A stretch of 64,000 nucleotides of DNA from Rhizophagus irregularis (taxonomy: Eukaryota): the NCBI RefSeq assembly GCF_026210795.1, contig NC_089433.1, forward strand, positions 1,860,001 through 1,924,000, read 5' to 3'. The notes under the pieces were generated by a model. The model was given only the letters and a program-made list of their open reading frames with translations, made no database searches and was not told the DNA's origin. Made by a program: the position numbers and the translations under genes. Of the stretch, positions 39,490-51,142 are shown one piece after another; position 1 is the first letter of the stretch; every line of letters begins with the position of its first letter.

Positions 39490-41330
39490 CGTATATACGA
39501 ATCTTTGATTGTTCTTTAGCAATCCACCCGAACCTATAAAAAAAAGAGAAGAACGGTTAGTAACCGTTCATAATATTAAAAAAAATAAGAAAAAAAACCA
39601 AGATTCGTACTTACTTACGAATCTTTGGTTTTTTCCGTTCTTCAGAAGACACCTGAGACACCTGAGACCTAAAAAGAAAAGAAAAGAACGGTTATTAGTA
39701 ACCGTTCATAATAATATTAAAAAAAAATCAAAAAAATAAACCAAGATTCGTACTTACGAATCTTGGTTCTTCTTTTCCCGAAGGTCGGAAGCCCACTCCA
39801 CCCGATCCTAAAAAAAAGAAAGAACGGTTATTAGTAACCGTTCATTAATATTGAAAAAAAAATCAAAAAAAAATAAACCAAGATTCGTACTTACGAATCT
39901 TGGTTCCTCTTTTCCCAAAGGTCAGAAGCCCACCCGATCCTAAAAAAAAGAAAGAACGGTTATTAGTAACCGTTCGTAATATTAAAAAAAAAAATTAAAA
40001 AAAATAAACCAAGATTCGTACTTACGAATCTTGGTTCTTCTTTTCCCGAAGGTCGGAAGCCCACTCCACCCGATCCTAAAAAAGAAAGAACGGTTATTAG
40101 TAACCGTTCATTAATATTAAAAAAAAAATTAAAAAAAATTAAACCAAGATTCGTACTTACGAATCTTGGTTTTTCCACACAAAAGCCCGCCCGAACCTAT
40201 AAAAAAGAAAGGAACGGTTAGTAAACCGTTCCAAAATGATAAAAAAATAAAAATAAAAATAAAAAATATATAAAGATTCGTACTGTACTTACGAATCTTT
40301 ATCTTTGGGTTTTCGTTCTTCGGAAGCCCACCCGAACCTAAAAAAAAAAAGAAAGAATGGTTAGTAAACCATTCGTAATAATAATAAATAAAAAAGATTA
40401 AAGATTCGTACTTACGAATCTTTGGGTTTTCGTTCTTCGGAAGCCCACCCGAACCTATAAAAAAAAAGAAAGAATGGTTAGTAAACCATTCGTAATAATA
40501 ATAAATAAAAACAAAAATTAAAGATTCGTACTTACGAATCTTTGGGTTTTCGTTCTTCGGAAGCCCACCCGATCCTAAAAAAAAGAAAAGAACGGTTATT
40601 AGTAAACCGTTCATATATTAAAAAAAAAACAAAAAAATTAAACCAAGATTCGTACTTACTTACGAATCTTGGTTTCTTGGTTTTCCTTTCTTCGGAAGCC
40701 CACCAGATCCTAAAAAAAAGAAAGAACGGTTATTAGTAACCGTTCGTAATATTTTTTTTAAAAACAATAAAAAAAAAAATCCAAGATTCTTACGAATCTT
40801 TGGAGATTTCCGTTCTTCGGAACACGGAAGCCCACCCGAACGGCCGAACCTATAAAAAATAAAAGAACGGTTATTAGTAACCGTTCGTAATATTTTTTTA
40901 AAAAAAATAAAAAAAAATCCAAGATTCTTACGAATCTTGGAATTTTCCCGTTCTTCGGAACACGGAAGCCCATCCGATCCTAAAAAAAAGAAAAAGAACG
41001 GTTATTAGTAACCGTTCATAATATTAAAAAAAAATAAAAAAAAATAAGATTCGTACGTGAATCTTTGGGTTTTCGTTCTTCGGAAGCCCTCCCGAACCTA
41101 TAAAAAAAAATACAAGAACGGTTAGTAAACCGTTCGTAATAATAAAAAAATAACAAAAATAAATTAAAGATTTGTACTTACGAATCTTTGGGTTTTCCGT
41201 TCTTCGGAAGCCCACCCGAACCTAAAAAAAAGAAAGAACGGTTAGTAAACCGTTCATAACGATAATATTTAAAAAAAACAAAAAAAAAAAAAAATATTTG
41301 ATTCGTAATACAATACTTACGAATCTTAAA
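39490..41330 (-). repeat. Tandem ~120-135-bp double-hairpin modules (about 14) with intron-like signals on the minus strand
   Basis: Each unit on the minus strand reads ...aagattc|GTAAGTAcgaatctt...gaacggtTACTAATaaccgttc tttcttttttttTAG|gatcgggtgggcttc... Confidence 0.85.
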
Positions 41331-41349
41331 ATACTCTTTCGGAAATCCA

Positions 41350-41870
41350 TCTCCTTTCATTTTACCCTTCCCCTTTCGTTTTCCCCTTTCATTTTCCCCT
41401 TTCGTTTCACCCTTTCGTTTTCCCCTTTCGTTTTCCCCTTTCGTTTTCCCCTTTCGTTTTACCCTTTCGTTTTACCCTTTTGTTTTCCCCTTTCGTTTTC
41501 CCCTTTCTTTTCCCCTTTCGTTTTCCCCTTTCTTTTCCATTTTCCTTTTCCTTTCGTTTTACCCTATCCCTTTCGTTTTTAAGCCCTTCCCCGTTTTTAA
41601 GCTTCCCCTTTCGTTTTTAGCTTCCCCTTTCGTTTTTAGCTTCCCCTTTCGTTTTTAGCTTCCTTTCGTTTTTAGCTTCCCCTTTCGTTTTTAGCTTCCC
41701 CTTTCGTTTTTAGCTTCCCCTTTCGTTTTTAGCTTCCCCTTTCGTTTTTAGCTTCCCCTTTCATTTTTTCGCTTCCCTTTCGTTTTTAGCTTCCCCTTTC
41801 ATTTTTTCGCTTCCCTTTCATTTTTCGCTTCCCCTCTCGTTTTCTCTTCCCTTTCGTTTTCACTTCCTCT
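41350..41870. repeat. Pyrimidine-rich minisatellite (ttcccctttcgtt 12-13-mer, then ttcccctttcgtttttagc 19-mer)
   Basis: Direct reading. Confidence 0.9.
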
Positions 41871-43849
41871 TGAAACCTATAAAAAAACAAGAACGGCTGG
41901 TAAACCGTTCTATAATATTAAAAAAAATCCACTATTCGTAATAATACTTACGAATCTCAGTCACGTCTTGGATCTACAAAAGCAAAAAACGAAAACGTTA
42001 GTAAAACGTTTCGTTAAAAAACAACAAAATAAAATTTGAAGGTATATATATACCTTCGAAATAGGAGTCCGGCCTTCTAAATGGGCGTCTTGGACCTACA
42101 AAAGAAAAAAAAAACTGAGGGACGAAGGGAAAGGGGAAAGGGGAAAAGGATAAGAAAAGTAAAGGGACGAAGGGAAGTAAAAGGAGGGAAAGAGGAACGA
42201 AGGGAAAGGGGAAGGGGAAGAAAGAAAATTAAAAAAAGTTTAAAAAAGAATGCAATAAGATGATCCTTTTTTAAACTTTTAATACGCGTAACGCGTAACG
42301 CGTAACGTTTATTCAACAAGGTTGAATATATGTCTAATCGTAGATCATTACTAATTGAAGTCGAATTTTTTAATTTTAGTCGAATATAGGCCGAATTGTA
42401 TTAAGGCCGAATGTTCCTTTTTCGACTAGTGTTTACCCCATCTCCTCCACACAAGAAGAAATCAACGATCTCAAAAATAGCAGAGTCGTTATTGAAAGTA
42501 AATTGGACCAACTGACTGGTCATATCCAACAATTTATTAGCTCCATTGGTGGTGCTTCCCTGGAACAAGCTGATTCAGCTTCTTCCAATTAATTTTCTTC
42601 TTTAAATTTTTACTCCTCGACTATTTTTTATCATTGTGTTTTAATGTCGGACAATAATTTTAATTATGACACCTTTGTACAAAACCCTCCCAACCTTGAC
42701 GAAGCTACTAAAATTTTTTCGCATGAATCGTTATTTTCTTTCCCTAGTAATACTTCTTTTATCTCCAATTCATTTAATATTTCTTCTTTTAATGTTAATG
42801 GCCTTAAAATGTATGGTCAAACTAAATTAGAAGAACTTTCAACTTTTTTTCTTTAAAACATATTTCCTTTGGTGGTATCGTTGATACTCATCTTCACCCC
42901 AAACAAATGAAGTTTTTATCCAAGCGCATTTCTAATTATACTGTATTCTCTTCTGATTTGGATACTTCTAAACAAATTCTTTCTTCTGGTGGTGTTTCTC
43001 TTTTTATAGAAAATTCCCTTGCTTCACATGTCCAAGATTTTAAATCTCATTCTTCACGTTTGCTTTCCGTTGATTTATATTTTAAAGGTAACGTTAAATT
43101 TCGTATATTTGTTATTTATATCCCTCTCCCTGCTGAGAGTGTTTTGCGCTCTGACACTATTGATTTGCTTATTCAACAACTTACCCTCACCAAACAATCT
43201 GGTTTTCATCATGCTGTTTGTAGCGATTTTAATATGCATTTAGACAAATAGTATCATATATATTTTAATCAACCCCAAATTGCCTCGAAATATATTCACC
43301 GATTATTTTTTCATCTCCTTTCTCATGGATATGAAGATTGTACTCCTATTAATTTTTTTAACTCCTTAGGTACCTTTCATCGCAATGACCTAGTTACTCG
43401 TGTTGATTATGTATGGTCCTGCCCTCTTCTCAAAGGATTCGCTCTCACTGCTTACATTTTTGATGCTCAAGACATTTGCACTTCTGATCATAACCCTGTC
43501 ATTACATATTATGATATGTCTTTGCTTATTGCCTCCACCAAATTGGCTCGCGCTCGACAACTTAAGCGCCAGACCCGTCGTGTCTTCAAATTTGACTCTG
43601 TTACTGACTCTCAATGGACGGATTTTACTGACTATGCTGATAATTTATGTGATGCTTCTCCTTCAACCTTTTTCTCTTGGCATATCAATCAAATGTGTGA
43701 ATATCTCCAATCACGAATCCTTAAAGCCATCAACGCTACTTTACCTTCTTCTACCGTTGGCAACAATTATACTCCTAAGGTCCCTAAAGATCTGGAAATT
43801 TTAACTCAACATTATCGGTTTCTAAATCGCCTTATGCATTCAATACGCC

Positions 43850-46800
43850 CAGTGATGTGCTTGGAAGGCTTCCAATGACTTTTTGTTGGAATTGGAAGGC
43901 CTGTTGGAAGATTTGGAAGTATTGGAAGATTTCAATCTTCCAATAGGTCATGTGCATTGGAAGCTTCCAATCAAAATTTTGTACTATTGGAATTGGCTAT
44001 TGGAAGATCAATACCGCTTCCAATGCTTCCAATACTATTTCGGTAATAGTACAATAAAAAAATTTAATCAACACGTCATTTAATCATCTTTTTCTCACGC
44101 TTTCTAAAATGAGTACTAAAAGAAAATATAAACCAAAAAATCATCGTTTAACACAATATATAAAAGTGCTTGGCAAACAAAATAGTTGGAATAATTATGC
44201 TGTTTGTCTTGCATGTTCTGAAAATTTAGAAGAGAACGAACTGTCAAAGCTTACATTTACAAATAAAAAACCACAAGTAAAAAATCATTTAAAAAATTGT
44301 GCATTTTTTCGGAAAAAAATTGGTAGTCAGGAAGAAGTGGATGCTATTATTAATCTAACAGACAATGAAAGTGAGGAAATCGCAAAGAAAAAATGTTTAA
44401 TAGCAGATTCAGATTCTGGTAAGATTGGAAGAGAAAAGGTGTTAAGATACTTGGAATCTATGCAAAGTAATCTTGATACTGTATTTTTTAAAACAATAGA
44501 AGGAGAAATTTCTTCAGCTCGATCCTTTGCCTCAACATCAACAACGTCATCTAAACGCCACCTTCATCCAGTTAAAACTGGTGATAATGTAATGGGAAAT
44601 ATTCTTGTTCAGACGCCTACAAAAAAAGAGCAACCTGTTTTTGAACGTCTTTTATTAAGAGTAACAGTATCAAATGGATTTCCATTTCAATGGATCGAAA
44701 ATCAAGCAACATTGGATTTATTTGAGTTTTTAAATCCACACCTAATTTTACCAGGACGAAAAGTACTATCAAATCGTATATTGAATAATGAAACAGAAAG
44801 TGTAGATAAATTACGAAATGAAAAATTAAGTAATGATCAGATTGGTGTAACATTAGCGTTCGATGGATGGAAGAATGTATTAAATCAGCATATATTTGGA
44901 TCATTATTTATTACATCTTCGGGTGAAATTTTAATATGGAAGGCATCAGATATTAGCAGTGAAAAAGAACGTATGATTGAAATAATTCCTAAAATTGAGG
45001 ATTTAATTAAAGATGCAGGAGTTGACTTAGGTGCAAAAATAATTGCTATAATTTCAGATAGTGCAGCAGCTTATGCTGGAGCTCGGTAAGAATTAAGTAA
45101 ATTTGATTTATAAACCATCTATAACGCATTTTATATTATTATTACTGAAAAATAACTCATATTTTTTTTTTATTCATCTTTTAGACGACGACTTCGGTTA
45201 GAATATCCTCATATTATTTTCTTACCATGTTTCGCACATCAATGTCAGTTAGCGATCTGTGATATCTTTAAAGAATCACCTACATTAAAAAGTGCATCAG
45301 CAAAAGCAATCACAGTATCAGCATATTTTAAAAATGGAAATAATAGCTATTTTATCGGTAAATTACGTGATATACAAAAAGAATTATATAATAAGTATTA
45401 TTCAATTATGGTTCCATGCGAAACTAGGTGGAACAGCCATTTCTATTGTTTTAAAAGTTTAATTCGATCTAAACAGGCATTAAGGGTAATATAATTTTCT
45501 TAAATTTAATATTATTTGATTCATTCCATTTAGTTAATTTATTATTCTTATTAATATTCTTTAGAATTTGGCAATTCGGCATGAGCGTCCACAATCTACA
45601 CCAGCAGAAGCAAGTACTTCAACATCAAATAATACCAATGAAATTTATTTGAATAAAGACATTTGTAAAATTCTTCTTGATAATGATTGGTGGAATACAA
45701 TAGAATCTTTACAAGAAGTTTTATTACCTTATTGTGGCGTTTTAAATAAGCTTCAAAGTGACAAAGCACGTCTTTTTGAATTACTTCATGCATTAGGATA
45801 TTTTATTCAGTTTTGGAATCAGTTTCCAAATATTGAATTAGGTGAAAAAATGATAGAACGATTAGAAAAATGGTGGAATCAATGGGAGCAGCCATTACTT
45901 TTGCTTTCATTTATGCTCCATCCAAAGTATCGGCTTACATATTTCAATCCTAGTATTGAAAATTTGTCATTTACTACATTGGGACGCTATTTAACATATT
46001 ATTATAAGGCGTGGTTTCAGAAAAGACCAACCCGTTTATTGTTAGATTTTGAGGATTATCGCCAAAAAAATGAACCATTTGATGATGAAACTTTTGGACA
46101 ATTTGGTGGTGATGTATTCAAGTTCTGGAAGTATATTGAAGGTGATTATAAAGAATTAGCCAGTATTGCTCTAAGAATTTTCGGAATCTGTGTAAATGCT
46201 GCTTCAGTAGAACGCATGTGGTCTTCCATGGGATTTTTGCATACGAATCGTCGTAACCAATTGAATGTAAGTTCTATTAATAAATTTTAATAATAGTTAT
46301 TTAAAATTTGCTAATTTAATTAATTTTTTTAGAATGACAAAGTTTTATCAATGAGTAAACTTCGTGCATCTATTAATTTCTCACTTAGGAAAAAAGAATT
46401 GCAAAAAAATGAAGCAGAGTTTTTTGATTTAAATGCTAAACCGGTTGATGATTCTGCAGAAAATTTACAACAAAATCCTATAGATGATGAAGAAATTACT
46501 GGAGATGAAAATATTATAACTTCTGAGCGTTGGGAAAATGAACTTGCTGAATGTGAATCAATGTTAATAGAAGAAGAGATATCCCGATTGGAAGAAGAAG
46601 AAGCCTTAAGAGATAATCCAGGAAGTTTGAGAGGTGACCTTTTGACAGAATATACACATCCGGCAATTGATACTAGGGCAAAATGGGATCTTAAAACTTT
46701 ATTTAGTTCTGTTATTGATATTCCTAAATACTTATCAAACGAATCAATTTAAATAATAATGTTTGTTTTTTCCCATTATTTGTAACAGTTTATATATAAC

Positions 46801-47017
46801 ATAATTTACTAAATAAAATTTAGTTGCTCAAACTTTTAAATGTATATTTTTAAAGTTTTATTAATAAATGTCAATAAATATTTCTATTGGATAAAAAATA
46901 TGTCACGTGAATTAAGTGCTTCCAATCTTCCAATAGAAATCTATTGGCGTTGGAAGGTTTGGAATTGGAAGAATTGGAAGATTCCAATAGCTTCCAATCT
47001 TCCAACGCACATCACTG
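43850..47017 (+). mobile_element. hAT DNA transposon (3168 bp), potentially autonomous
   Basis: TIR CAGTGATGTGC...GCACATCACTG. Perfect 8-bp TSD aatacgcc. Subterminal ttggaa/ttccaa repeats. Contains a transposase gene. Confidence 0.95.
44109..46752 (+). CDS. hAT transposase, spliced: 44109-45085, 45185-45485, 45565-46266, 46333-46752 (799 aa; a further in-frame 81-nt intron at 44419-44499 is possible)
   Basis: BED-like AVCLAC..NHLKNC, LAFDGWKN, IISDSAA, PCFAH, PCETRWNS, ASVERMWS (catalytic E, dimerisation region). GT-AG introns join the exons in frame. Confidence 0.9.
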
Positions 47018-48939
47018 AATACGCCTATTGCGTAAATATCCTTCAACTTATTCTGTTGCTCACAATTATAAATGGTCTATTCACTTGCATAGACTTCAAA
47101 ACATTCTTCAATTGTATAAGAAAGTGTTCACTTCTATTCCCACCTTGCCTTCTTCTCTTTCATCATGTCGACAAGATAACTTCAAGTCACTTCTTGATAC
47201 TTTATCTAATATCTCAAAATCCTTACGAGGACTTCATTTATTACAAGAAAAAGAATTTCAAGACTCCTCCATTCGAGCTCACTTGGACGATAGAAACAAT
47301 AATTTCGAGACTGACCTTTCCTCCTTTATTGATTCAGCGCTCTCTCGTACTCATCGCCATATTACTTTAGACCGTGTCTTTATTGACCATCCTACTCAGC
47401 CTCAGTTATTAACTGATCCTAAGACCATAGATGATGCTGTTGTTAACCATTTCCAAAACTTTGTTCCGATAAAGTCCACTCCCCCGGTATCTATCGAAAC
47501 TCTACCCGATAGATGGTCTTCTGCCTATCGACCTATAGATGATGTGTCATCCTCCATCTATGATTCTTTAATGAATCCTCCTACCCTTGATGAATGGTTA
47601 TCCATCGTTTCTTCCACCCCTAATGGGAAAGCCTCTGGTCCTTCCATGATTACCTATGAAATGCTCAAACACCTTGGAACTCGTACCTCGGCTTTGCTCC
47701 TCATTTTAATTCAAGCTTGCCTTTCCAAAGCTGATATTCCCGACTTATGGTGACAAGCAATGGTTTTTCCCATTCCCAAGCCTCACGAATGGAAGTGTCA
47801 ATTAAAAAATACTCGCCCTATTACTTTACTTGAAGTGATTAGAAAATCTCTTGTCAAACTTTTTTATAATCGCCTTTCTGCTATTATGCTTCACATGATG
47901 TTCTTAAAGGTGGTAACTTCGCTGGTCTTCCTGGTAGTTCTTGCCACGACCCTATCATTACTCTAAAATCTATTATCCATGATGCTGATATCAACAAAAA
48001 TCCACTTTGGATTCTTTCCCAAGATATCTCTAAAGCTTTTGACTCGGTCGATCTGACAATGCTACGTTTTGCTCTAGAACGTATACGTCTTCCTGCTTCT
48101 GCTGTTAAGTTTATCCTTTCACTTTTCACGAAGCGCACTAATCGCGTTTTCACTGCTCATGGATCTACGCCTGCTTATAGGGTTCGCATTGGTATTGACC
48201 AAGGCGAAGTTATTTCTCCTCTTTTATGGGTTATTTATATTGATCCCTTGCTTACTGTTTTGAAGAACGAAATGATAGACCCCTATGTTCTTTCTACACC
48301 ATCTTTAATTGGTTCTTTAAGTCCTTCTCCTGATATGAAGATTAATAATTTAGTATTTATGGATGACTCTACTCTTATTTCCTCGTCAAAAGCTGGCATG
48401 GAATTTATGTTATCCATTACTGAAGAATTCTATCAGATTAATAACACTTCTGCCAATCATAACAAATATGTGTTAATTACAAATTCGTTGCCCTTGACTT
48501 CGAATTCTTCTTTATTTCCTATTACTTTTAATTTAGATTTATCATCTTTAAATAGTGTTCCTTCTATCACTATTATCCCAATTCCCATGACAACTTCTTT
48601 CCGTTTTTTAGGTGTTTGGTTCAACATTAAAAGCTCCCGTGATTTTGTCAAAAAACAACTCAAACACGAATGCTGCTCCTTTGCTGCAACCATTCGACCC
48701 GCAAAGCTTTCCTCCAAACAAGTTGTGTATTTACATAATGCTGTTCTTATACTGAAACTCGAATACCGGATGCAACATTTGCAAATTGAATACGGCGTAA
48801 TATTACAAAAATTTACGCCTGCGAAATACTCCGTAAATTTACATGACCTTCGAAAAATTACGCAACAGTAATATTTCGTAATTTCAACGCAATATTTTGT
48901 AAGTTTACGCGTAATATTTCGTAGAATTACAGTGTAATA

Positions 48940-49465
48940 TTGCCATGTATGTAAATTTTACATCGTAGAATTTCTTAGATTTACGGTGCAATATTTTGAA
49001 ACTTTTCGAAAATGTAATATTTCATAATTTTACGTCATGGGATTTTCGTAGGTTTACGGGTGCAATATTTCGAAACTTTTCGAAATGTAATAAATATTTC
49101 GTAATTTTACGTTGTAGGATTTTCGTAGGTTTACGGGTGCAATATTTCGAAACTTTTCGAAAGTGTAATATTTCATAATTTTACGTCGTAGGATTTTCGT
49201 AGGTTTACGGGTGCAATATTTCGAAACTTTTCGAAAATGTAATATTTCGTAATTTTACGTCGTAGGATTTCGTAGGTTTACGGTATAATATTTCGAAACT
49301 TTTCTGAAGGTATAATATTTCGTAATTTTACATCGCAGAATTTCGTAGGTTTACGGTATAATATTTCGAAACTTTTCCGAAAGTATAACATTTCATAATT
49401 TTACATCGCAGAATTTTGCAGGTTTACGGTACAATATTTCGAAACTTTTCCAAAATATTATTATT
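48940..49465. repeat. Subterminal tandem repeat, ~72-74-bp unit, about 7 copies
   Basis: Unit gtaatatttcgtaattttacgtcgtaggattttcgtaggtttacgggtgcaatatttcgaaacttttcgaaaat. Confidence 0.9.
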
Positions 49466-50076
49466 TCGCGAACTTTTTTCACAAATTCAAGTGATTAATA
49501 TATGTAATTACAAAATAATATTTTTCACTGTAACTTACACGTAATATTTTATAAATTTATGTAATTTTTGTATTTTTATTCAAAATATAGCTACAATAAA
49601 TAATTTGTATTTAAAACTATCATAATATTGCGTTCAATCTCGTCAATAGAATTTTTTTAATCTTATTTGTCGCTCATCTTCATTTATTTGACTTTCGTTC
49701 TTTAACTTTTTATTTTTCAACTTCACTTCTATTTCATCTGTGATTAATATTTTGCTATATCTAATATTATAAAATAAAAGTCATTTGGATAACATTATTT
49801 GTTAATATCAAAAGGATGTGTTGTAAAAACAAATTGTTATTAAAACTTAACCTATAAACATAATTGTAATAAAGTCGTACGAACATTAACGAAATTATGA
49901 AGTACATACCTTCAGTCCTTTTACACTGCTACGTTGATAGCATGCGTTAAATTCATTTCTGCATCAACGAATATTACAAGATCAAAAGTTAGACCAACAG
50001 TTATCATTATGCGTGATTATTAATATTTTTTATAAAAAAAAAGTAAACTTACGAACATTAACGAAATTGTGAGGTA

Positions 50077-51142
50077 CACTCCCCGGTAAAAAGTATCCGA
50101 CCACCCTAAAAATTAAAAAATCTTAAAAAATTCAGTTGGCCCAACAATAAATTTATATTTACTTTACTAAAAATGACCAATTTTTTGAAATATTTTTATA
50201 GACCTAGATACAATGGCTTTCAAAACAATTGTGCAATTATTTTGTAAAATTTTTAAAATATATCAAGATATATTTAAGGTATTTTTGAGATTAAAATATT
50301 AAAATAATATCAAAGTTAATTATATTATAATAATAAAATAATAACAAAAACATTAAAAAATTATTGTGATATTATTTTAAGTTATTTTTATAGACCTAGA
50401 TACAATACAATTACAAAATAATAGCAAAAATATAATAAAAACATTTTGATGTATTAAATGTATTTTTATAGTATTTTAAAATTATTACAAAATCATTTCA
50501 AAAAATTGGCCATTTTTAGTAAAGTATTTTAAAAGTTTGAGACATGAGACACTTTTTTAAAAGTGTTTTTTTAGCTTAATTATTAGTAAAAATTGGCGGA
50601 CATTTTTAATTCTAAAAATGGCAAAATTCTTAACTTTTTAACTAGAGCAGTTACGGCCAAATGAATTCCAGAAATCAATTCTTTGACTAAAAAATAGCTT
50701 ATGTTTAAAAAATCAGAAAGATTGGACTGGTAGTTGCCGAAAAATCCACCACTGAAGATCATAATTTTTATATGTAAAAACGGTAAAATCACCATTTTTG
50801 CCAAATTTTAGTATAAAAATTATGATCTTCAGTGGTGGATTTTTCGGCAACTACCAGTCCAATCTTTCTGATTTTTTAAACATAAGCTACTTTTTAGTCA
50901 AAGAATTGATTTCTGGAATTCATTTGGCCGTAACTGCTCTAGTTAAAAAGTTAAGAATTTTGCCATTTTTAGAATTAAAAATGTCCGCCAATTTTTACTA
51001 ATAATTAAGCTAAAAAAACACTTTTAAAAAAGTGTCTCATGTCTCAAACTTTTAAAATAAATATAAATTTATTGTTGGGCCAACTGAATTTTTTAAGATT
51101 TTTTAATTTTTAGGGTGGTCGGATACTTTTTACCGGGGAGTG
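50077..51142. mobile_element. Fold-back MITE with TA TSD (Tc1/mariner-like target), ~700-bp near-perfect palindrome plus a nested insert
   Basis: CACTCCCCGGTAAAAAGTATCCGACC...GGTCGGATACTTTTTACCGGGGAGTG flanked by TA. The arms 50527-50770 and 50815-51058 are mirror images. Confidence 0.9.
50162..50524. mobile_element. 363-bp TA-targeting MITE nested in the left arm of the fold-back element
   Basis: TIR CTTTACTAAAAATGACCAATTTTTTGAAAT...ATTTCAAAAAATTGGCCATTTTTAGTAAAG. Absent from the right arm, which shows the empty TA site. Confidence 0.85.

Larger units (their letters stand above)
39109..42431. mobile_element. Non-autonomous CACTA (EnSpm/CMC) element, 3.32 kb
   Basis: TIR CACTAGTCGAAAAAGG...CCTTTTTCGACTAGTG. 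3-bp TSD ttt. LINE ORF1 resumes on the other side. Subterminal gtcgaat/attcgac repeats. No transposase. Confidence 0.92.
36761..48775 (+). mobile_element. LINE copy 7, 5'-complete, heavily decayed, three nested insertions, cut off at 48775
   Basis: ORF1 remnants 36889-42592 and ORF2 remnants 42644-48775. Homology ends after gaataccggatgcaa. Confidence 0.92.

Noticed and set aside
39490..41330. CRISPR-like array of palindromic repeats
   Set aside because: No unique spacers and no cas genes; eukaryotic context inside a CACTA element.
41350..41870. Telomere-like repeat, implying telomeric retrotransposon arrays
   Set aside because: It is internal to a CACTA element and not a TTAGGG-type unit. 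The LINE arrays are anchored on a MITE, not a chromosome end.
39509..42319. ORFs such as 40129-40614 (GSGGLPKNENPKIRKY repeats) and 41298-41582 as genes
   Set aside because: Low-complexity read-through of repeat modules and their intron-like parts.
2543..48717. Recurrent short antisense and alternate-frame ORFs in the LINE copies
   Set aside because: They recur only because the LINE is repeated, and they show no independent motifs.
50583..51001. Divergent twin ORFs encoding the same peptide
   Set aside because: A by-product of the palindromic MITE arms.
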